From Gaiellaceae bacterium (lineage in GTDB: Bacteria; Actinomycetota; Thermoleophilia; Gaiellales; Gaiellaceae), in NCBI GenBank assembly GCA_036523555.1, contig DATDDZ010000021.1:1-25115 (forward strand): a stretch of DNA of 25,115 nt. Reading direction: 5' to 3'. Positions within the stretch are counted from its first letter, which is position 1; each line of letters opens with the position of its first letter. The translations under genes and the position numbers were made by a program. Under the pieces are notes generated by a model. It made no database searches. It was not told the origin of the DNA and worked only from the letters and a program-made list of their open reading frames with translations. This document shows positions 17,081-23,977 of the stretch, one piece after another.

Positions 17081-17274
17081 GCGTCGCTCGCTTTCGGCTC
17101 GCTCTCTCAGGGGAAACGATGTTTCCCCTGAGCAACTCCTTCTTCCGGCATCGCCTCAGCCCGCGCGCCGCTGAGATCGCCGCGCGTGCCGAGGAGAGCG
17201 AGAGGGGAAACCTCCCGGTTTCCCCCTTGTCCCCTTCCCCCGCTCATGGGCCAGAGTGCGCCCCATGAGCGTCG
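17076..17274. mobile_element. About 190-bp structured insertion flanked by an 11-bp direct repeat (CATGAGCGTCG)
   Basis: Direct repeats at 17076-17086 and 17264-17274; hairpins CTCAGGGGAAAC/GTTTCCCCTGAG (12 bp, 17106-17132) and GGGGAAACC/GGTTTCCCC (9 bp, 17204-17225); further stems 17098-17106/17194-17202 and 17076-17083/17241-17248. Confidence 0.65.
17077..17268 (+). CDS. 63-aa ORF spanning the insertion, ATGA-coupled at both ends
   Basis: The ATG overlaps the hemX TGA and the TGA overlaps the hemA ATG. The sequence MSVARFRLALSGETMFPLSNSFFRHRLSPRAAEIAARAEESERGNLPVSPLSPSPAHGPECAP has no recognisable family. Translation is unproven. Confidence 0.35.
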   Translation: MSVARFRLALSGETMFPLSNSFFRHRLSPRAAEIAARAEESERGNLPVSPLSPSPAHGPECAP

Positions 17275-18491
17275 TCCTCGTCGGCATCTCCCATCACCAG
17301 GCGCCCGTCGACCTGCGCGAGCGCGCGGCCCTCGACCTTCCCCGCGCGGCCGAGCTCGCCTCCCGGCTCGCAGGCCCGGAGGGCGAGGCCGTCTGCCTCT
17401 CGACGTGCAACCGTACGGAGCTGTATCTCGCCGACGAGTCGGGGGAGGATGCCGAGCAGCGCGCCGAGGCTGCGCTGCTCGCCCTCGAGACCGAGCTCGG
17501 CCCCGCGCTCTACCGCCTGCGAGACGAAGCTGCCGCGCTCCACCTCTTTCGCGTCGCGGCCGGTCTGGACTCGATGGTCCCCGGAGAGGGCGAGATCCTC
17601 GGGCAGGTCCGGAGCGCACACGACGCCGGCGTTGCCGGTCCGATTCTGGACCGGCTCTTCCGACAGGCCCTCCACGCTGGCAAGAAGGTGCGCGCGCAGA
17701 CCGCGATCGGCGAGAGCCCCGCGTCGATTGCATCAGCTGCTGCCGCGCTCGCCGAGCAGGTGTTCGGCGACCTGCGCGGCCGCTCGGTGCTCGTCATCGG
17801 CGCCGGGAAGATCGGCGAGCTGGCCGTTCGGAGCCTTGCTTCCCGCGGAGCGACGATCTCGTTCGTCGCCAACCGCACGGTCGACCGGGCTGCCGGGCTC
17901 GCGGAGAAGTTCGGCGCCGAGGCGCTCCCGCTCGATCGCATCGACGGCGAGCTCGAGCGCGCCGACGTCGTGCTGACGTCGACGAGCGCGCCGGGATGGA
18001 TCCTGACGCGAGACCAGGTCGCGCGTGGCCTGCCCGCGCGCAAGGGACGCTCGCTCTTCCTCATCGATCTCGCTGTCCCGCGTGATCTGGAGCCGGCGAT
18101 CAACGACCTCGACGGCTGCTATCTCTACGACATCGACGACCTGGAGGCGGTTGTCGCCGAGACGCTTGCAGGCCGCCGCCGCGAAGCCGAGCAGGCCGAG
18201 GCGATCGTCGCTGCGGAGGCGGACCGGTTCCGCGAGTGGCAGGCGTCGCTCGACGTCGTCCCTGCGATCGCCTCGCTCCGCGCGCGCGCCGAGGAGATCC
18301 GCGCGGCCGAGCTTCAGCGCGCCAAGCTCAGCGACTCCGAGCGCCGGGCTGCCGACTCGGTGACCGCGGCGGTCCTCAACAAGCTCCTGCATCTGCCCAC
18401 CGTTCGCATGAAGGAGGCAGCCGCGGCAGCCGATGGGGTCCTCTATGCTGACGCGGTGCGTCACCTCTTCGGTCTCGAGGACGAGCGCTGA
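17265..18491 (+). CDS. hemA: Glutamyl-tRNA reductase
   Basis: VGISHHQAPVDLRER, LSTCNRTELY, GLDSMVPGEGEILGQVR, IGAGKIG, IDLAVPRD, LYDIDDL. Confidence 0.96.
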   Translation: MSVVLVGISHHQAPVDLRERAALDLPRAAELASRLAGPEGEAVCLSTCNRTELYLADESGEDAEQRAEAALLALETELGPALYRLRDEAAALHLFRVAAGLDSMVPGEGEILGQVRSAHDAGVAGPILDRLFRQALHAGKKVRAQTAIGESPASIASAAAALAEQVFGDLRGRSVLVIGAGKIGELAVRSLASRGATISFVANRTVDRAAGLAEKFGAEALPLDRIDGELERADVVLTSTSAPGWILTRDQVARGLPARKGRSLFLIDLAVPRDLEPAINDLDGCYLYDIDDLEAVVAETLAGRRREAEQAEAIVAAEADRFREWQASLDVVPAIASLRARAEEIRAAELQRAKLSDSERRAADSVTAAVLNKLLHLPTVRMKEAAAAADGVLYADAVRHLFGLEDER

Positions 18492-18605
18492 AGTCGGCGA
18501 GCCTGATCGGGCGACCGCTTCCCGTGCAAGCTCCGACGGCGTTCGTTCGCATCCGCCGTCGCAAGGGCTGCGGCGCCCATGCGAGAGCGAGACGAAGCTG
18601 GTGCC

Positions 18606-19433
18606 GTGCTGATCCGCGTCGGTTCCCGCGGCAGTAGGCTCGCGCTCACGCAGGCCGAGCTCGCCGCGGCGCGGCTGCGCGCGCCCGGCGTCGAGATCGC
18701 GCTCGTTCCCATCACGACGGCCGGAGATCGTGACCGCACGCGGCCGTTCGGCGAGATCGGCGCCCGCGGCGTGTTCGTCAAGGAACTTGAGGAGGCGCTG
18801 CTCGACCGCCGCATCGACGTCGCGGTTCACTCCGCCAAGGACATGACCTCGACGGACACGGATGGATTGCGCGTCGGCGCGTATCTCGAACGCGAAGACT
18901 CCCGGGACGCACTCTGTGGCGCCGGCGAGCTTCGCGCAGGAATGCGGATCGGCACCGCCTCGGTCCGCCGGCGCGCCCAGCTCCTGGCGCTCGAGCCCTC
19001 GCTCTCGATCGAGCCGTTGCGCGGGAACATCGAAACTCGCCTGAGGAAGCGGCGCGAACGCGGCCTCGACGCGGTGGTGCTCGCCGCCTGCGGCCTCGAC
19101 CGGCTCGGCCTGGAGAAGGAGATCGGCCGCCGCTTCGACCCGGACGAGCTTCTCCCGGAAGCCGGTCAGGGCGCGCTCGCCCTCCAGGTGCGTTCGGGCG
19201 AGGAGCAGCTCGTGAGCGCGGCCGACCACTCCGAGACGCGGCGGCGGGTCGAGGCGGAGCGCTCCTGCGTCGCGCGGATCGGCGGCGGCTGTCTCGCCCC
19301 CGTTGCCGCGCACCACGATGGGACGCGGCTGACGGCGCTCATCGCAGCAGAGGAGGGCGGCTGGATCGAGCGGCGCAGCGGTGACGATCCGCAGGCGGTC
19401 GCGAACGAGTTGCTGCAGCTCGTCTCGTCGTAG
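18606..19433 (+). CDS. hemC: Porphobilinogen deaminase (hydroxymethylbilane synthase)
   Basis: GSRGSRLALTQ, GVFVKELEEALL, AVHSAKD, GTASVRRRAQ, LRGNIETRL, GQGAL, GGGCLAP (cofactor Cys). Start at GTG 18606, alternatively ATG 18579. Confidence 0.95.
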   Translation: MLIRVGSRGSRLALTQAELAAARLRAPGVEIALVPITTAGDRDRTRPFGEIGARGVFVKELEEALLDRRIDVAVHSAKDMTSTDTDGLRVGAYLEREDSRDALCGAGELRAGMRIGTASVRRRAQLLALEPSLSIEPLRGNIETRLRKRRERGLDAVVLAACGLDRLGLEKEIGRRFDPDELLPEAGQGALALQVRSGEEQLVSAADHSETRRRVEAERSCVARIGGGCLAPVAAHHDGTRLTALIAAEEGGWIERRSGDDPQAVANELLQLVSS

Positions 19434-20083
19434 TGCGCGTCATCGTCACGCGCCCGCGAGCCCAGGCCGGCGCGCTTGCCGACGCGCTCCGGTCCCGGGG
19501 TTTCGAGCCGGTTCTCTTCCCGCTGCTCGAGATCGAGCCGATCGACGACGGGCCGGTCGACCTCACCGGCTATGACTGGGTGATCGTGACGAGCGCGAAC
19601 GGGGCGGAGGAGCTCGCCCGCCGGCGGCACGGTGCTCTTCCACGGGTCGCTGCGATCGGGCCCGGTACGGCCACCTCGCTACGTGAGCTTGGCCTGCCGG
19701 TCGACTTCGTGCCCTCGGACGCGTCCCAGGAGGGCCTCGTCGCGGAGCTTCCGCGCCCGGTCGGCCGGGCGCTCTTCGTCGGGGCTGAAGATGCCCGGCG
19801 CCTCCTGGTGGAGGAGCTGCCGGCCGACTTCCGCGCCGTCTACCGGACGGTCGAGCTGGCCTCCGGGGAGCCGCCCGACGGAGAGCTCGTCCTACTCGCC
19901 TCCCCCTCGGCGGCTCGCGCCTGGGCGGGGCTCGGCGTGGAGGTCCCGGCGATCACCATCGGCCCGCAGACCACCGCCGCGGCGCGCGCCGCAGGCCTGC
20001 CGGTCGTCGCCGAAGCCGCCACGCGAGACGTGCAGAGCCTCGTAGACTCCGCCGCGGCGTGGCGCGCTTCATCACGTTCCTGA
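19433..20083 (+). CDS. hemD: Uroporphyrinogen-III synthase
   Basis: VIVTRP, YDWVIVTSANG, AAIGPGTA, VYRT, LASPSAA, TIGPQT; TAGTG overlap with hemC. Confidence 0.9.
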   Translation: MRVIVTRPRAQAGALADALRSRGFEPVLFPLLEIEPIDDGPVDLTGYDWVIVTSANGAEELARRRHGALPRVAAIGPGTATSLRELGLPVDFVPSDASQEGLVAELPRPVGRALFVGAEDARRLLVEELPADFRAVYRTVELASGEPPDGELVLLASPSAARAWAGLGVEVPAITIGPQTTAAARAAGLPVVAEAATRDVQSLVDSAAAWRASSRS

Positions 20084-20871
20084 CGGACTTCGGGCTCCAG
20101 GACGACTTCGTCGGCACCTGTCACGGTGTCATGAAGCGCATCGCGCCGGATGTCGAGATCCTCGACATCACGCACGGCATCGCGCCGCAGGCCGTGTTGC
20201 AGGGGGCGCTGACGCTCGCGAACACGCTCCCGTTCATGCCGGAGGGCGTGCATCTGGCAGTCGTCGACCCCGGGGTCGGCGGGTCGCGCCGGGCGCTGGC
20301 CATCCGCGACGGGCAGGGGCGGATCCATGTCGGGCCGGACAACGGCTTGCTCATTCCGGCTGTGGAAAAGCTCGGCGGAATCGAGGCGGCACACGAGCTC
20401 ACGAACCCCGAGTACGCGCTGGAGTCGGTCTCCCGCACGTTCCACGGCCGCGACCTGTTCTCGCCCGCTGCCGCCCATCTCGCGCTCGGGCTCCCTTTGG
20501 CGGAGCTCGGCCCGCCGCTCGATCCCGACGCGCTCGCCCGGATCGATCTACCCGAGCCCGAGATCGGATCGTCGCGAATTCGCTGCACCGTGGTCTCCGT
20601 CGACCGCTTCGGCAACGTGCAGTTGAACCTCGACCGATCGCATCTCGAGCAGGCGGGTGTCGTGCCCGGCACCCGCATCGAGCTGCAGGTCGGGTCGGAG
20701 CGCTACTACGCCGTCGTCGCGCGCACCTTCGCCGACGCCAGGCCGGGCGACATCATCCTCTATGAGGATGCGTACAGGAATCTCTCGATCGCGATCAGCG
20801 GGGGCAGCGCGGCGGCGATGTTCGCGATCGTGGACGGCCAGGACCTGCGCATTCATCTGGACACGGTGTGA
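20059..20871 (+). CDS. SAM hydroxide adenosyltransferase (DUF62; SAM-dependent chlorinase/fluorinase family)
   Basis: ITFLTDFG, LDITHGI, VVDPGVGGSRR, GPDNGLL, TFHGRDLF, VDRFGNV. Confidence 0.9.
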   Translation: MARFITFLTDFGLQDDFVGTCHGVMKRIAPDVEILDITHGIAPQAVLQGALTLANTLPFMPEGVHLAVVDPGVGGSRRALAIRDGQGRIHVGPDNGLLIPAVEKLGGIEAAHELTNPEYALESVSRTFHGRDLFSPAAAHLALGLPLAELGPPLDPDALARIDLPEPEIGSSRIRCTVVSVDRFGNVQLNLDRSHLEQAGVVPGTRIELQVGSERYYAVVARTFADARPGDIILYEDAYRNLSIAISGGSAAAMFAIVDGQDLRIHLDTV

Positions 20872-21506
20872 GCCCGTCGTTCGCGAATAGCCTCGGCAGG
20901 AAGCTCTCGCGGGTCGCCACGAACGCAGCGGTTCGGAGACCCTTTCTCTGGCGGCTGTTCCGGCCCGTGATCCGGCGACAGTTCGACTCGCTCGCACCGG
21001 TGTGGGACACGATGCGGACGCCGGCGAGCTTCCTCGCCTACGAAACCGCCCTGGCTGCCGTCGACCCTCCCCCGAAGCGGGCACTCGATCTCGGCACCGG
21101 TACCGGAGTGGGCGCGCTCGCGATCGCGCAGCGCTTTCCCGACGTCGAGGTGGTCGGCGCCGACATGGCCGACAGGATGCTCGCAGAGGCGCGCAAGAAG
21201 ACTCCCGCCGGGCTCGCGGGGCGTGTTCGCTTCGAGCACGCCGACGCGTCGGCGCTACCGTTCGGGGACGCGAGCTTCGACCTCGTCACGCTCGCAAACA
21301 TGATCCCGTTCTTCGACGAGCTGTCGCGGGTGCTGGCGCCGGGAGGCCAGGCGCTCTTCTCTTTCTCCGTCGGAGCTGAGACGCCGATCTACGTGCCGTC
21401 CGAGCGCCTGCGAGCGGAGCTCGGCTCACGGGGTTTCACGGAGTTTGCGGACTTCGCGGGAGGGCAGGGAACGGCGTTGCTTGCCCGCAAGGGCGATCGC
21501 GCTTAA
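20868..21506 (+). CDS. Class I SAM-dependent methyltransferase
   Basis: Motif I LDLGTGTG, GADMADRML, ADASALPFGDASFDLV. Confidence 0.88.
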   Translation: MSPSFANSLGRKLSRVATNAAVRRPFLWRLFRPVIRRQFDSLAPVWDTMRTPASFLAYETALAAVDPPPKRALDLGTGTGVGALAIAQRFPDVEVVGADMADRMLAEARKKTPAGLAGRVRFEHADASALPFGDASFDLVTLANMIPFFDELSRVLAPGGQALFSFSVGAETPIYVPSERLRAELGSRGFTEFADFAGGQGTALLARKGDRA

Positions 21507-21519
21507 GCTTCCCTTCGAT

Positions 21520-21557
21520 AGGTCGTTCGTGCGCGGTATCACCGGCGCGGACGACCT
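21520..21557. terminator. Hairpin between convergent genes (probable intrinsic terminator)
   Basis: AGGTCGT(21520-26)...ACGACCT(21551-57) with an inner GCGC/GGT-ACC stem, followed by TCTTTCT on the plus strand. Confidence 0.55.
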
Positions 21558-21577
21558 TCTTTCTGTCTCGAGGCCGG

Positions 21578-22147
21578 CTAGTTTGTCTCGATCGCGACGT
21601 CGAAGCCGCGTGCCTTCGCGTTGTCCTTGAAGGTCTGCGCCTCGGCGGGAGTCTTGAAGCCGGCGACGTACACCTCGAAGCCTCCGCACGGGTCGTTGCG
21701 GAGCTTCAGCCCGGGGAAGCCGGCCGCAGCCGCGCGCGACACGATCGCGTTGGCGGCATTCCTGTCGATCCCATGCCCGAAGACCGCTTCGAGCCGCCCG
21801 ATCTGACCGGCCTTGACGCACTCGAGCGTGACGAAGAAGCCTTCCTTGCGCGCCTCGGCCTGGAAGGACACGCCGATGTCGAAGGTCTCGAGCCCCCGCA
21901 GGACGAGCTTGAATCCGGGACAGTCCTCGACGATCTGCGTGTTCAGGAAGCCGCGGCCCTGAACCTGCCTCTGCAGGGTGGCGACGGCGGACTGAGTCTT
22001 ACTGCGCGCGAACACCGCCTCGAGGCCACCGAAGTCGGTGGGCGCGCAGACACGTGCTGCACCCGCTTTCGAGAGGCCGTGCGCGGGCACTAGGACGGCG
22101 ACGGCAGCGGCCAGCGCGGCCAGCAGGGAGAAGCGGGCGACCCTCAC
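21578..22147 (-). CDS. Secreted protein with two SPOR-like repeats
   Basis: Signal peptide (MRVARFSLLAALAAAVAVLVPAHG); two ~70-aa repeats both beginning LEAVF and ending GF(F/D)V(T/A)(L/I)E; 4 Cys. Confidence 0.7.
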   Translation of the reverse strand: MRVARFSLLAALAAAVAVLVPAHGLSKAGAARVCAPTDFGGLEAVFARSKTQSAVATLQRQVQGRGFLNTQIVEDCPGFKLVLRGLETFDIGVSFQAEARKEGFFVTLECVKAGQIGRLEAVFGHGIDRNAANAIVSRAAAAGFPGLKLRNDPCGGFEVYVAGFKTPAEAQTFKDNAKARGFDVAIETN

Positions 22148-22291
22148 GGCGCACAGTCCTAGCAGACCGCCCAGAACCCGGCTTCAGTCTTAACGAATCC
22201 TTTAGAAGAATCGGGACGCGAAGCCCGGAGGGGTCTCCGGGACGGGCGGGCACCTGGAAACCTCGAGAGTGAGGAGTTACGCTCGTCGCGA

Positions 22292-23326
22292 GTGATTCGA
22301 GGCAGGCGGATCCTCGTGATCGTGATCGTGCTCGTGGTCGCTCTCCTCGCGGTCGGGGCCAGGGCGGGAACTGTGCAGCCGAAGTCCGGGACGCGGTGCG
22401 CTCCCGGTACGACTGCGGCAACGATCGCCGGGAAGAAGGTGTGCCTCAAGGCGGGCGCACGCTGCGTGAAGCGACTGGACCGTGCCTACCATCGCTATCG
22501 CTTCCACTGCCATTCCGGACGGCTGACTCGTTTTCCGTCGCCGATCCCCGTCCCGCCTGTCGGGACACCGCCGACCCTCCCCGAGCCGCCGGCACCAGCA
22601 GGCCAACTGGTCGATGTCGGTGGGTATCGGCTGCACCTCGAGTGTGTCGGAACGGGGTTACCGACGGTTGTGATCGAGACCGGTTCGTTGGCGACGCGTC
22701 TCGGCTATCGGAAGGTGCAGTACGCGTTGAGCGCCGAGAACCGGGTCTGCACGTACGACCGCCCGGGCACGACCGCGCCCGTCGCCGGTGCGAGCGATCC
22801 GCGGCCGGAGTCCGTACCGCCGACCTCGGAGACCTTCGCCCGCGAGCTGCACACCGTCCTCGTGAACGGAAACGTGCCCGGCCCCTACCTTCTCGCCGGC
22901 AACTCCCTTGGCGGGCTCCTCATCTCGGCCTTCAGCGCGCGGCATCCCAGCGACGTCGTGGGGCTTGTCTTCGTCGATGCGGAAGCCCCTGGCAACATCG
23001 AGAGCTGGCTCCAATCCGAGCTCCTCTCTCCGGAGCCGTGGGACGGAAGAGCCGATGTCGGTCTTCTCCGCACCCTCACGTTCGGGTCGCGGCCCGTCGT
23101 CGTGCTCACCACACAGCAGCCGGGCGAGATCCCGGCCTTCAGGCGCAGCGCCTCGAACATCGTCGTGGCCCAGGCGCCGCAATACGGGCACATCGTCTTC
23201 AGCGAGGCTCCGGGTCTGGCCTACGAGGCGATCCGGGTTGCGGTGGCGGCCGTACGAGGGGGCGGAGTGCTGCCGCCGTGCTCGCAGACGCAACTGCCGA
23301 AGATCGGCGCGCGCTGCGATCCATAG
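22292..23326 (+). CDS. Secreted alpha/beta hydrolase with a Cys-rich N-terminal module
   Basis: Signal peptide; 4-Cys basic module; Pro-rich linker; VDVGGYRLHLEC, CTYDRPG, nucleophile elbow GNSLG, VFVDA, GHIVF. Confidence 0.85.
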   Translation: MIRGRRILVIVIVLVVALLAVGARAGTVQPKSGTRCAPGTTAATIAGKKVCLKAGARCVKRLDRAYHRYRFHCHSGRLTRFPSPIPVPPVGTPPTLPEPPAPAGQLVDVGGYRLHLECVGTGLPTVVIETGSLATRLGYRKVQYALSAENRVCTYDRPGTTAPVAGASDPRPESVPPTSETFARELHTVLVNGNVPGPYLLAGNSLGGLLISAFSARHPSDVVGLVFVDAEAPGNIESWLQSELLSPEPWDGRADVGLLRTLTFGSRPVVVLTTQQPGEIPAFRRSASNIVVAQAPQYGHIVFSEAPGLAYEAIRVAVAAVRGGGVLPPCSQTQLPKIGARCDP

Positions 23327-23350
23327 GCCGCGCGCCGCGAGACCGGGATG

Positions 23351-23423
23351 TGGCGAGGGCCGGAATCGAACCGGCGACACCACGGTTTTCAGCCGTGTGC
23401 TCTACCGACTGAGCTACCTCGCC
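23351..23423 (-). tRNA. tRNA-Phe (GAA)
   Basis: GGCGAGG-TA-GCTC-AGTCGGTA-GAGC-A-CACGG-CTGAAAA-CCGTG-GTGTC-GCCGG-TTCGATT-CCGGC-CCTCGCC-A forms a complete 73-nt cloverleaf; CCA is not encoded. Confidence 0.97.
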
Positions 23424-23559
23424 TCGGCGGGCAGTCTAGCCCGGTGTGAAGGTTTCCTTCGGCCGAAAGCCCGCCGCGTAAGCGATTCGGACTTTCGGCG
23501 GCTGAGCCGTGTGCTCTACCGACTGAGCTACCTCGCCTCGGCGGGCAGTCTAGCCCGGT
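23391..23559. repeat. Perfect 55-bp direct repeat (23391-23445 and 23505-23559) around a 59-bp hairpin-rich spacer
   Basis: The repeat comprises tRNA positions 1-33 plus 22 bp of upstream DNA including the TAGACT -10 box. Confidence 0.92.
23505..23537 (-). pseudogene. 5' half (nt 1-33) of tRNA-Phe, broken immediately before the anticodon
   Basis: Identical to 23391-23423; continues into CAGCCG... instead of GAAAACCGTG. Confidence 0.85.
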
Positions 23560-23951
23560 TCGACCGGCACCTTCGCGGCGGCAAGCCTGTCGATGAGGAC
23601 GTCCAGGAACTCGTTCTTCACGAGGACGGCATCCGCTCCCGCTTCCGACACCGCTCTGTGCAGCGCCGCGTGCTCGTCGCCCGTGAGCGCGATGACGCAC
23701 AAGCTCGGGTGGTCGCGCCGGAGCCTCACGACTGCCGAGACGCCGTCGAGCCGCGGCATGTGGAGGTCGATGACAACGGCATCGGGCTCGAGCTCGTCCG
23801 CGAGCTCGATCGCGGCGAGCCCGTCGAGCGCCACACCGACGACGGCGAGCTCCGGCTGACGCTCGATCAAGGGGGATAGGGCCTCGAGGAAGGGCTGGTC
23901 GTCGTCGGCGAGGAGAACCCGGATCGTCCCTGCCGACTCGCCCCGTTCCAT
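23550..23951 (-). CDS. Stand-alone response regulator receiver domain (NarL/CheY-like)
   Basis: VLLADDD, AVVIDLHMPRLDG, ALTG, AGADAVLVK; no output domain; ATG 23951. Confidence 0.88.
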   Translation of the reverse strand: MERGESAGTIRVLLADDDQPFLEALSPLIERQPELAVVGVALDGLAAIELADELEPDAVVIDLHMPRLDGVSAVVRLRRDHPSLCVIALTGDEHAALHRAVSEAGADAVLVKNEFLDVLIDRLAAAKVPVEPG

Positions 23952-23959
23952 CAGGTGCC

Positions 23960-23969
23960 AAGTTAGCCT
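23960..23969. promoter_or_regulatory. Divergent -10 hexamers sharing a TA (receiver gene / arginase)
   Basis: Minus TAACTT (23965-23960) is 8 nt from ATG 23951; plus TAGCCT (23964-23969) is 8 nt from GTG 23978. Confidence 0.6.
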
Positions 23970-23977
23970 TGTCGGCC

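Noticed and set aside
799-19316. Long alternative-frame and antisense ORFs in the track (e.g. 799-1695, 1785-2690, 1798-2901, 6315-7517, 10303-11814, 12744-14009, 17733-19316)
   Set aside because: They overlap well-supported genes, are Arg/Ala/Pro-rich with no family motifs, and are expected shadow ORFs in high-GC DNA.
20059-20871. Fluorinase or chlorinase
   Set aside because: It has the VVDPGVG..R and FHGRD (Asp-Arg-His) signatures of hydroxide adenosyltransferases rather than the halogenase-type substitutions.
23290-23326. LPKIG near the hydrolase C-terminus as a sortase signal
   Set aside because: It is not LPxTG/LAxTG and is not followed by a hydrophobic helix and charged tail.
23391-23504. 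Group I intron in tRNA-Phe after U33
   Set aside because: The 114-nt interval is too short, lacks group I core elements, and contains a full duplicate of the 5' exon and promoter.
23391-23559. CRISPR array
   Set aside because: Only two repeat copies, the repeat is tRNA-derived, and there are no cas genes.
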